Below, one piece after another: positions 23,675 to 30,995 of a stretch of 30,995 nt of DNA. The position numbers were made by a program, and so were the translations under genes. A model generated the notes under the pieces. It saw nothing but the letters and a program-made list of their open reading frames with translations. It did not search any database and was not told where the DNA came from. The DNA lies in the NCBI GenBank assembly GCA_035275085.1, contig DATENK010000718.1, positions 1 through 30,995 of the forward strand, given 5' to 3'. Origin of the DNA: Verrucomicrobiia bacterium. Lineage in GTDB: Bacteria; Verrucomicrobiota; Verrucomicrobiia; Limisphaerales; DATENK01. Within the stretch, counting starts at the first letter, position 1, and every line of letters starts with the position of its first letter.

Positions 23675-25597
23675 TCACTGCGTTTCCCCCAAATTCGGAC
23701 GCGGCATCTTCTCGCCCATCAGCAGATAATGCCACATCGCGGTAATTTGCTTTTCAGCATCCCCGTCGAGGATTTCCGTCAACGGGCTGCGACCGTCTTC
23801 ATCGAAGTAGACTGGCATTTTGGTTTGGGGATCGATTGCCAGAGGATTACGCACCCAGCGGCGATAATATTGCGGCAAGAGCCGCTCCGCGGACCAAGCC
23901 AAATTAACGCCTTCGCTGTCAAAAACATCCGTCGCCTGGACGGGCCCGACCCCGTGGCAAGACACGCATGAGAACCCGCCCTCTTTGCCAACGAGCTTTT
24001 GGCCAAGCTTCGCAAGTTCAGAATTGCTCTTTTCTGTCGACGTCTGCGGCGGATAACCGTGCAATGCCGACATTCCAGTGGCCAGCGGCTGCCCCCACTG
24101 CGCAAACGCCGGCATGCGCGCAAACAGCCAGGGTTCACCGCGAGGATGCGTTTCGGCGCGGGGTTTGTAAGGAATTGCTCCGGAGATAAAGGAACCCATC
24201 CACTCGGGTCGCAACTTGCCTCCGAGGATATCCACGGGCGGAAAACCTTCCTGTTGGCCGTGGCACGCGCGACAATTCAACACCCGGATTTGACGTTCAG
24301 CAAACTCAGCCGGTATGTGGCGCGCCAAGGAGGATCGCTCGGTCCGGCCAAAGCCGACAAGGGCAATGCGTTCACGATCGGCAAAATGGAATTGTGGAGC
24401 GGCAGGAGCACCGACCACGCAACCCTTCACCCAGTCGGTTCCGAGTTTCGGCGCTTTAAATTTGTTTTCGAGCTTGAGGGTGTGGCAATTAAGGCAGCCA
24501 CGCGATTGGACGAGATCGCGGCCAGCATCTATGAGCGGCTGGTCCGGAGGCAGCGGCTCGGTGGGGACGCCTCGCCCGACCATTAATTCGTTCGCGAGCG
24601 TGTCGGCCTCTTTTTGACTCAACTTGAAATTTGGCATGCGGGTAAAAGGGAAGAAAGCGTCAGGGGCGAGCAAATATGCGGCGAGTTGCCCGGGCGGAAA
24701 TTTTTCGGCGGCGTGGCTAAGTGAGATTCCAGTTTCGCCGTGGCACGACCCGCACAGCAGAGCGTCGTACAATGTCTTGCCCTCAGGAGGTGGGGGACTG
24801 TCTTTGCGAGCTGGCCGGATGGCGGCCTCTCCGCCCTTTAAGGTACCAAGAAAGGCAGCCATTGCTTTTGCTTCCTCCGGACTTTTTGCAAGTTTCGGCA
24901 TGTGAGCAGAGGGACGCTCCGCGTGCGGATCAAGAATCCAGCGTTCCATCCAAGCCGTATTGCGGCGCGTGCCGATTGCTTCCAAGGATGGGGCGTCCAA
25001 GCTTTGCAAGAGAGAATCGAGCTTCTCCTGGTGACACTTTGCGCAGCGATATTCGATGAATAGTTCGCGGCCGAGCTCGAGGCGGTAATCAGGCAGGGCA
25101 TGGCTCAATACGGTCGGAGGGATGGGACTGGTATTGGTTCCCTTCTCGGTCCAAAGCAGTCGAAGATAAGCATGCCCCGATTGAGGACTCGTGTAAGCAG
25201 CCTTAATTTTATTATCGCCCTTACTCAAGCTGACAGGTTTGGTCAGCGCCGAAATGCTATCGGTCAGGGACGATTCAAGCACGGCACGCTCGTTGATTTC
25301 CAGTTTTAGCGCCCCGTTTAGTTCGGCTTGGAAAAAAAATTCGCCGCGCAAGTCGGCGTGGATGTTGCCTTCCCAGACGCCCGTGAATGGACCCCGCGGA
25401 ACGAAAGGCGTTGGCGCCTCGCAGGTCGCGGAATAGAAGGCCACATTGCTCAGCGATGTCGTGTGGGTTTTTCCCCCTGCGGAAAAGGTGACAGCCAGAC
25501 CAATAACGTTTGAAGCGGCGCGCGAAGATAGGGCGCAGCTCAGCATTATGATAAGGATTGCGATCCTGACCATGAGCGGGAACGTACCACGCATCAC
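23675..25597 (-). CDS. Secreted multihaem c-type cytochrome (5 CxxCH) with an N-terminal PA14-like domain
   Basis: Signal peptide, PA14-like FTGVWEGNI...FFFQAELNGALKLEIN, haem motifs CAKCH, CGSCH, CLNCH, CRACH and CVSCH, with downstream HMP / RMP / RMP / KMP Met ligands. Start GTG 25597 or ATG 25594. Confidence 0.85.
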   Translation of the reverse strand: MMRGTFPLMVRIAILIIMLSCALSSRAASNVIGLAVTFSAGGKTHTTSLSNVAFYSATCEAPTPFVPRGPFTGVWEGNIHADLRGEFFFQAELNGALKLEINERAVLESSLTDSISALTKPVSLSKGDNKIKAAYTSPQSGHAYLRLLWTEKGTNTSPIPPTVLSHALPDYRLELGRELFIEYRCAKCHQEKLDSLLQSLDAPSLEAIGTRRNTAWMERWILDPHAERPSAHMPKLAKSPEEAKAMAAFLGTLKGGEAAIRPARKDSPPPPEGKTLYDALLCGSCHGETGISLSHAAEKFPPGQLAAYLLAPDAFFPFTRMPNFKLSQKEADTLANELMVGRGVPTEPLPPDQPLIDAGRDLVQSRGCLNCHTLKLENKFKAPKLGTDWVKGCVVGAPAAPQFHFADRERIALVGFGRTERSSLARHIPAEFAERQIRVLNCRACHGQQEGFPPVDILGGKLRPEWMGSFISGAIPYKPRAETHPRGEPWLFARMPAFAQWGQPLATGMSALHGYPPQTSTEKSNSELAKLGQKLVGKEGGFSCVSCHGVGPVQATDVFDSEGVNLAWSAERLLPQYYRRWVRNPLAIDPQTKMPVYFDEDGRSPLTEILDGDAEKQITAMWHYLLMGEKMPRPNLGETQ

Positions 25598-25665
25598 AAT
25601 TTTTTTACAAACGATTCACGCACCAGTGACAAGGTTTTCTGCGGTTCGGACGACGATGGAATGGT

Positions 25666-26859
25666 ATGAAAAAGATTCTCTTAATGGCTTTCGGGTTTGG
25701 GCTCGCTTCGCTCGCATTGGCTGCTCAGGACCGTTTTGTCGCGCATGAGTGGGGGACGTTTACTTCCGTGCAAGGCGCGGATGGGATTCAGATCGAATGG
25801 AACCCGTTTGTGCCGGCGGAATTGCCAAAGTTTGTTTATGGGCAACCGCATCGGCGGACGGGTCTACTCAAGAGCGAGATGATCGCGCGCCAACGCATGG
25901 AGACGCCGGTCATCTATTTTTATTCTGAGACTCCCCGGACTGTCGATGTGACGGTCAACTTCCCGGAAGGCAAGGTGACCGAGTGGTATCCGCAGATCGC
26001 CAACCCCAAGAGCGGCGGCAAAACCATGCAATGGAAGGACTTGCAAATCCTTGCGCATCCGAAGATCACGCTTCCGCGCGATACCAGCAGTAGCCATTAT
26101 TATGCAGCGCGGGACACGACGGCGAATCTCGTGCAGACGAAAGGCGAAACGGAGAAGTTCATTTTTTATCGTGGGGTGGCATCGTTCACTGCTCCGTTGC
26201 GCGTTTTGGTTGGCGGGGCCAATGAAGATGTCTTGTATCTGCAAAGCGCGGGTGCCGAAGCCTTGAAACATTTTTACGTGATTCAGATTCGTAATGGGTC
26301 AGCAAAATATCATTACGTCGAGGGCATCTTACCTGGCCAAGGCACCAATGTGCGATTGGAACCTGGCGTGGCGACGGTGCCGCTGAGCGATTTCCAAAAT
26401 AACATTTGCCAGGCTTTGCGCGCGGACCTCGAGAAAGAAGGGTTGTACCCGCCTGAAGCCGCCGCCATGGTGAAGACGTGGAATGACTCCTGGTTCGCGG
26501 AAGATGGCATTCGGATCCTGTACGTTTTGCCTCGAACCTGGACAGATCGTACCCTCCCGCTCAGTATTGAGCCCAAACCCGATGAGATCGAGCGCGTGAT
26601 GGTCGGTCGCGCAGAAGTAATCCTGCCATCGCAGGAATGGAGACTTCTCAAAGAGATCGTCCGCTATAGCGAAACTGCGCCGGAACAACGAGCCGCGATC
26701 ATTGACGAGACGAAGAGCCTGGGTTTGGGCCGTTTTGCGGACGCGGCAGTGCGGCGGTTATTGGGGACGAGCCCAAGCAAGGACTTCAACGCCGCTGCAT
26801 GGGCGCTGGTCGAGGCAACGAATGGGCCATGGCTGTCCAAGTCTTTGGTTTCGCGGTGA
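25666..26859 (+). CDS. Secreted conserved hypothetical protein (HEWGTFT / METPVIYFY motif family)
   Basis: Signal peptide MKKILLMAFGFGLASLALAA; motifs AHEWGTFTS, RMETPVIYFY, FIFYRGV and GLYPPEAAAMVKTWNDSWF. Confidence 0.8.
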   Translation: MKKILLMAFGFGLASLALAAQDRFVAHEWGTFTSVQGADGIQIEWNPFVPAELPKFVYGQPHRRTGLLKSEMIARQRMETPVIYFYSETPRTVDVTVNFPEGKVTEWYPQIANPKSGGKTMQWKDLQILAHPKITLPRDTSSSHYYAARDTTANLVQTKGETEKFIFYRGVASFTAPLRVLVGGANEDVLYLQSAGAEALKHFYVIQIRNGSAKYHYVEGILPGQGTNVRLEPGVATVPLSDFQNNICQALRADLEKEGLYPPEAAAMVKTWNDSWFAEDGIRILYVLPRTWTDRTLPLSIEPKPDEIERVMVGRAEVILPSQEWRLLKEIVRYSETAPEQRAAIIDETKSLGLGRFADAAVRRLLGTSPSKDFNAAAWALVEATNGPWLSKSLVSR

Positions 26860-26876
26860 GGCATTGCGCTTTATCG

Positions 26877-26914
26877 AAAGCGGTGTCGGCGCTTCGCTCT
26901 GCCACCGCAGTCCA
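26877..26914. repeat. REP-like element, copy 1
   Basis: GCGGTGTCGGCGCTTCGCTCTGCCACCGCAGTCCA (26880-26914) matches 29320-29354 at 34 of 35 positions. Confidence 0.8.
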
Positions 26915-26992
26915 TATTCATCATGGGTATCGCGGTCCTCTGCCGCTTTGCGTTTGCGCCTGGGATTATCGTAAGCTGAGGCGAGATTCGTC

Positions 26993-28645
26993 ATGCGCAA
27001 AGTAGCGCTGGTATTCGCGTTGGCGGTGTTCGTGCCCAGCCTGGTGCTCGCGTGGCTGGCCGTGCGCTCGTTGCGCGACCAGCACCTGGTGCTTGAGCGC
27101 CAGGAAGCACTCCTTTATGAGCAGATCGCGGAGACGCTGGCCAAAGATGTCCTTGCCGAGATCGAACAGCAGCGCCGCGAATTCGCAATCCAGGTCGAAG
27201 CGCTGCTCGCCGCGTCCAAACCGCGGGAGCTCGCGCCAGGATTTCACGAAACATTCCGACACACATGGCCACTTACGGAAGTCGGCTTCGCGGTGTCGCT
27301 CAACGGACAAGTGATCGCGCCCTCGCTCTTCGAAGGGCCGGACTGCCGGACGTTTCGCCTTGAGAACGACCTGTTCCTCACCAGCCGCGAAACCGCCCAG
27401 GTGTACTGGCAGGGCCAAAAATCGAAAGCGCCTGCGCCGGAACCTAAGCAGAAGGACGAGCTGCCCTCGAAAATGTTGCCCGAGCAATGCGAGTTCAAGG
27501 GCCTCGTCGGCGACCAAATGGACGGCACGCTGGCGCGCTTTCTACAAAACCAACTCAAAGTGCTTTTCTGGCACCGCTCGCCGCTGGATCCCGAAGTGGT
27601 GTTCGGCGCGCAAGTGGATCTCAACGGACTCATCCAGCGGCTTCAACCCATAGTAAAACTCGACAGCGGTCTCGCTCACGCAATCGCGGTAGCCCTACTG
27701 GACGATACAGCGCGGCCGAAAGTCCTCGCACCACCGAATTTCAAAGCGGATTGGCGGCGTCCGTTTGTGGCGGCCGAAATTGGCGATGCGCTGCCGCATT
27801 GGAAAGTCGGCGTGTTCATGCTGAATCCCGCGCGCTTGCATCAGTCCGCGCGTACGCTGCGATTGACCGTGACGCTCCTGATCGTTGTGTTGCTGCTGGC
27901 GATCGCGTTTGGAAGCTGGCTGATCGTGAACGACCTGAAGCGCCAGTTGGCGCTGGCTCGCCAGAAGACCGACTTTGTCAGCAATGTTTCCCACGAACTG
28001 AAAACGCCGCTGACGTCGATCCGAATGTTTTCGGAGCTCCTGGCGGATAATCGCGTCGAAGATCCCGCGCGCCAACGGCAGTTCCTGCGCATCATCACGG
28101 CCGAAACCGCGCGCCTGACGCGCCTGATCAATAACGTACTCGATTTCTCACGCATGGAGCGTGGCGAGAAGACTTACAAGATGGAGCGATTCGATTTGCG
28201 CGCTGTGGTCGAGGAGATTTGCACGACGTATCGGCCGCACCTGGAGGAACATGGGTTCCACTTCGAATGTGCGACCGGAAGTTCGCCTGTCTTCGTAAAA
28301 GGCGATCGCGATGCGCTCGCGCAAGTGCTCGTCAATCTCCTTTCGAATGCGGAGAAATATTCCGCCGACAGAAAGGAAATTCGCGTGGAACTGAATGGGG
28401 AAGGCCTGAGTGTACTCGACCGCGGGCTCGGCGTACCCAGCGGTTGCGAGCAAAAGATTTTCGAGCAATTCTTCCGCGCGCACGATTCGCTCGCCAGTGG
28501 AATTGAAGGCTCGGGACTGGGGCTGACGCTCGCGCAACAAATCATTCGAGCCCACGGCGGCAGTATCCATTACGAATCGCGGACAGCAGGCGGCAGTTGC
28601 TTTACAGTGCGCATACCTCATGAGAACGAAAATCCTGGTGGTTGA
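26993..28645 (+). CDS. Membrane sensor histidine kinase (HisKA plus HATPase_c)
   Basis: Two TM helices around a large periplasmic region, H-box VSHELKTPLTSI, N-box NLLSNAEKYS, DRGLG, IFEQFFR and GSGLGL. Confidence 0.93.
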   Translation: MRKVALVFALAVFVPSLVLAWLAVRSLRDQHLVLERQEALLYEQIAETLAKDVLAEIEQQRREFAIQVEALLAASKPRELAPGFHETFRHTWPLTEVGFAVSLNGQVIAPSLFEGPDCRTFRLENDLFLTSRETAQVYWQGQKSKAPAPEPKQKDELPSKMLPEQCEFKGLVGDQMDGTLARFLQNQLKVLFWHRSPLDPEVVFGAQVDLNGLIQRLQPIVKLDSGLAHAIAVALLDDTARPKVLAPPNFKADWRRPFVAAEIGDALPHWKVGVFMLNPARLHQSARTLRLTVTLLIVVLLLAIAFGSWLIVNDLKRQLALARQKTDFVSNVSHELKTPLTSIRMFSELLADNRVEDPARQRQFLRIITAETARLTRLINNVLDFSRMERGEKTYKMERFDLRAVVEEICTTYRPHLEEHGFHFECATGSSPVFVKGDRDALAQVLVNLLSNAEKYSADRKEIRVELNGEGLSVLDRGLGVPSGCEQKIFEQFFRAHDSLASGIEGSGLGLTLAQQIIRAHGGSIHYESRTAGGSCFTVRIPHENENPGG

Positions 28646-29306
28646 GGACGACGAACATATCCTGCTTGGACTCGAGGAAATCCTGAAGTCCGAAGGTTAC
28701 AGCGTCGCGATCTGCAAACGCGGGGATAAAGCAATCGATGCTGTCTCCAAAGAACGTCCCGCGCTTGTGGTGCTCGATGTAATGCTGCCCGGTCTGAGCG
28801 GATTTGATGTATGCAAACAACTGCGTGCCAGGAAAGTGACGGTCCCGATCCTGATGCTGACCGCGAAGGGGCAGGAGTTGGACAAAGTGGTTGGTTTGGA
28901 TTGCGGCGCGGATGATTATGTGACGAAGCCGTTCGGTGTGCGCGAACTCGTCGCGCGGATTCACGCGCTGTTCCGCCGATGCGCGCGGGAGGCTGACGAC
29001 GGCGAAACCATTTTTCGGATTGGGGAATGCGCAATCGATCCGAAACGCTTTCAATTACAGCGCGGGAAAGCGATTGAGGAACTTACGGCAAAGGAACTAA
29101 AGCTACTGCAATTATTCCACAAACATCCGGGCGAAGTATTTTCCCGCGACAAATTGCTGAACGAGGTTTGGGGGTATAATTATTTCGGTACTACGCGAAC
29201 TCTGGATCAGGTAATCGTGCAATTGCGGAGAAAGCTTGGCGATCCAGCCGATAATCCGCGGCATCTCCTGACTGTGCACGGGGTGGGGTATAAACTGCTG
29301 ATTTAA
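28620..29306 (+). CDS. OmpR/PhoB-family response regulator
   Basis: ILVVEDD, VVLDVMLPGLSG, LMLTAK, GADDYVTKPF, winged helix LTAKE...SRDKLLNEVWG...LLTVHGVGYK. Overlaps the kinase by 26 nt. Confidence 0.95.
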   Translation: MRTKILVVEDDEHILLGLEEILKSEGYSVAICKRGDKAIDAVSKERPALVVLDVMLPGLSGFDVCKQLRARKVTVPILMLTAKGQELDKVVGLDCGADDYVTKPFGVRELVARIHALFRRCAREADDGETIFRIGECAIDPKRFQLQRGKAIEELTAKELKLLQLFHKHPGEVFSRDKLLNEVWGYNYFGTTRTLDQVIVQLRRKLGDPADNPRHLLTVHGVGYKLLI

Positions 29307-29362
29307 CTGCTTTTGGACTGCGGTGTCGCCGCTTCGCTCTGCCACCGCAGTCCAAAACAGTT
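29305..29362. repeat. REP-like element, copy 2, forming a long hairpin and a probable bidirectional terminator
   Basis: Perfect 15-bp inverted repeat TTTTGGACTGCGGTG (29311-29325) / CACCGCAGTCCAAAA (29343-29357), extended by AACTG / CAGTT. It fills the gap between convergent genes. Confidence 0.85.
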
Positions 29363-30796
29363 TTACTTAACTTCCAGTTCCTGCTTGATTCCGAATTTCT
29401 CGACGCGCTTGCGCAAAGTCGCGCGCGTAATGCCCAGAAGCTTCGCCGCTTGCACCTGGTTGCCTTTGGTTTCCTTTAACGCCTCCACGACCAGTTCTCG
29501 CTCTACGGCTGGAATAACTTTCATTTTCGGATCGCGGCGCGCCCAATGAAAAAGGGCCCGAGCGATGCCCGGCAAGTCATCACTCGTGACGGCACTTGCG
29601 ACTGCACGGGTGACACCGGCCGGCTTGTGCCCAAGAATCTCGGAAGGCAAATCACCCAACAAAATCGCGTCCCCCTTAGCGACCACCAGCGCGCGCTGCA
29701 CGACATTCTCCAACTCGCGAACGTTCCCAGGCCAATGGTAGTGTTCCAGCGCCGCTAACACATCGGGCGACATCGATCTGGGACGCTGTTTCTGCCGTTG
29801 CGCGTACTTTTTCAGGAAATAATTCACCAGTAGCGGAATGTCTTCGGAGCGGTTACGCAACGCGGGCAGTTCAATCCGCACCACATTGAGTCGGTAGAAC
29901 AAATCCTCCCGAAAGCTCTTATTGGCGACCGCTTGTTCCAACGGTTTATTGGTCGCCGCGATAACGCGAACGTCCACTTTGATCGGTTGATTGCCTCCGA
30001 CTCGCTCGAAGGTTCCGCTCTGGAGCACGCGCAAAATCTTTGTTTGGGGCCCTAACGGCATGTCGCCAATTTCATCGAGAAAGATGGTGCCGTGGTTGCA
30101 TTGCTCGAACTTGCCGATGCGTTGCACATTCGCGCCGGTGAACGCCCCGCGCTCATGGCCGAACAATTCGCTTTCGAGCAACTGTTCCGGGATCGCGGCG
30201 CAATTGATGGCAAGGAATGGCTGCTCCGCACACCTGCTGTGGTGATAAATCGCGCGCGCGACCAATTCCTTGCCGGTGCCGCTTTCGCCCGTGATCAACG
30301 CCGTAGCGTCAGAAGAGGAAACCTGGCCGATCAGCTTGAACACGTTCTGCATCGCGTGGCTGCGGCCCACAATCCCCACGTCGTAGTCTTCCGACTCGAG
30401 CAGAGGCTGATACGAAACCACCTGCTTCATATCGCGCGCGGCCTTGAGGGCATTTGTGACAATCTCTTTCAGGCGAGGCACATCGAAAGGTTTAAGCAGG
30501 TAATCGTATGCGCCGAGCTTCATCGCTTCGATCGCGGTCTGGGTCGTCCCATAGGCGGTCATCATGATCACCAGCAGCTTGGGATAACTCTCCCGCAGAC
30601 GCCGCAGAGTCTCCAATCCGCTGATTCCTCCCATACGGATGTCCATGATGACGAGATCGGGTTTGACCCGCGGCACCAGGGCGATTCCCTCCTCGCCGCT
30701 GTTTGCGGTGCTCACTTCGATTTCGGGGGAATCGAAAATGCGGCGGAACGAATATTGCACGTCCACTTCATCATCGATCAACAAAACTCTATCCAT
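29363..30796 (-). CDS. Sigma54-dependent response regulator (NtrC family: REC-AAA+-HTH)
   Basis: LLIDDE, VIMDIRM, GESGTGKE, ESELFGHERGAFTGA, FLDEIGD, REDLFYRLNV, WPGNVRELEN and GNQVQAAKLLGITRATLRKR. Confidence 0.95.
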   Translation of the reverse strand: MDRVLLIDDEVDVQYSFRRIFDSPEIEVSTANSGEEGIALVPRVKPDLVIMDIRMGGISGLETLRRLRESYPKLLVIMMTAYGTTQTAIEAMKLGAYDYLLKPFDVPRLKEIVTNALKAARDMKQVVSYQPLLESEDYDVGIVGRSHAMQNVFKLIGQVSSSDATALITGESGTGKELVARAIYHHSRCAEQPFLAINCAAIPEQLLESELFGHERGAFTGANVQRIGKFEQCNHGTIFLDEIGDMPLGPQTKILRVLQSGTFERVGGNQPIKVDVRVIAATNKPLEQAVANKSFREDLFYRLNVVRIELPALRNRSEDIPLLVNYFLKKYAQRQKQRPRSMSPDVLAALEHYHWPGNVRELENVVQRALVVAKGDAILLGDLPSEILGHKPAGVTRAVASAVTSDDLPGIARALFHWARRDPKMKVIPAVERELVVEALKETKGNQVQAAKLLGITRATLRKRVEKFGIKQELEVK

Positions 30797-30806
30797 TTAA
30801 GGGTGC

Positions 30807-30815
30807 AGTATAGCA
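30807..30815 (-). promoter_or_regulatory. Extended -10 promoter TGC-TATACT, 10 nt from ATG 30796
   Basis: Minus strand reads gtgcTATACTgcacccttaaATG; no Shine-Dalgarno sequence. Confidence 0.5.
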
Positions 30816-30840
30816 CGCCGCGCGAAGGGGACACGGAGAA

Positions 30841-30995
30841 TTAAGCGGGCGCCTGGATCAACTCCTCTTCTTTCAAATGGTGCCGTTCCTTGAACATCAG
30901 GTAAACGATGCCGCCGATGAGGCTCCAAACCAGCGTGCCAGCGTAAGCCAGCAAGGATAACGATAAGGCAGGCGTGGCCTGTACGCCGATCGGCG
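30841..30995 (-). CDS. C-terminal fragment of a membrane protein, probably lysylphosphatidylglycerol-synthase TM / flippase-like (UPF0104) family
   Basis: Not in the ORF track. My translation is PIGVQATPALSLSLLAYAGTLVWSLIGGIVYLMFKERHHLKEEELIQAPA*, with TAA at 30841-30843; it runs off the window edge. Confidence 0.6.
   Translation of the reverse strand, partial: PIGVQATPALSLSLLAYAGTLVWSLIGGIVYLMFKERHHLKEEELIQAPA

Noticed and set aside
29363-30796. Assigning ntrC/glnG to either sigma54 activator
   Set aside because: No ntrB, glnA or amtB context, and family motifs alone do not identify the orthologue.
1-30995. Prophage, IS or defence island
   Set aside because: No integrase, transposase, phage structural, restriction or toxin-antitoxin motifs recognised, and composition is uniform apart from short AT-rich intergenic segments.

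Overview
A GC-rich, gene-dense chromosomal window. Protein styles (membrane-anchored ECF sigma with a C-terminal extension, FG-GAP/ASPIC proteins, PA14-multihaem cytochrome, M56-secretin fusion, REP-like palindromes) suggest a Verrucomicrobia subdivision 3 (Pedosphaera-like) or other PVC bacterium; this is inference. It holds 21 complete or near-complete CDSs plus a partial one at the right edge. Housekeeping genes are parE and parC (split by an opposite-strand ASPIC/CRTAC1-family gene), gdhA and an ICL-superfamily lyase. Regulators are unusually dense: BlaI with an M56 protease, a transmembrane ECF, a kinase/OmpR pair, two sigma54 activators and a PAS-HTH mini-activator. I found no tRNA, rRNA, CRISPR array, transposase or integrase. 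Best candidates for novelty: (1) a BlaI repressor with its operator, translationally coupled to a BlaR1/M56 zinc protease whose periplasmic sensor is a degenerate N3+secretin domain, a possible two-membrane signalling device; (2) two orphan iteron-like modules (7279-7381, 23584-23674) with different 8-mers but the same spacing grammar and a shared spacer motif; (3) a PAS-HTH protein resembling a sigma54 activator with its ATPase core deleted; (4) a recurring pattern of apparently leaderless promoters. All assignments come from motif recognition by eye; no searches were run.
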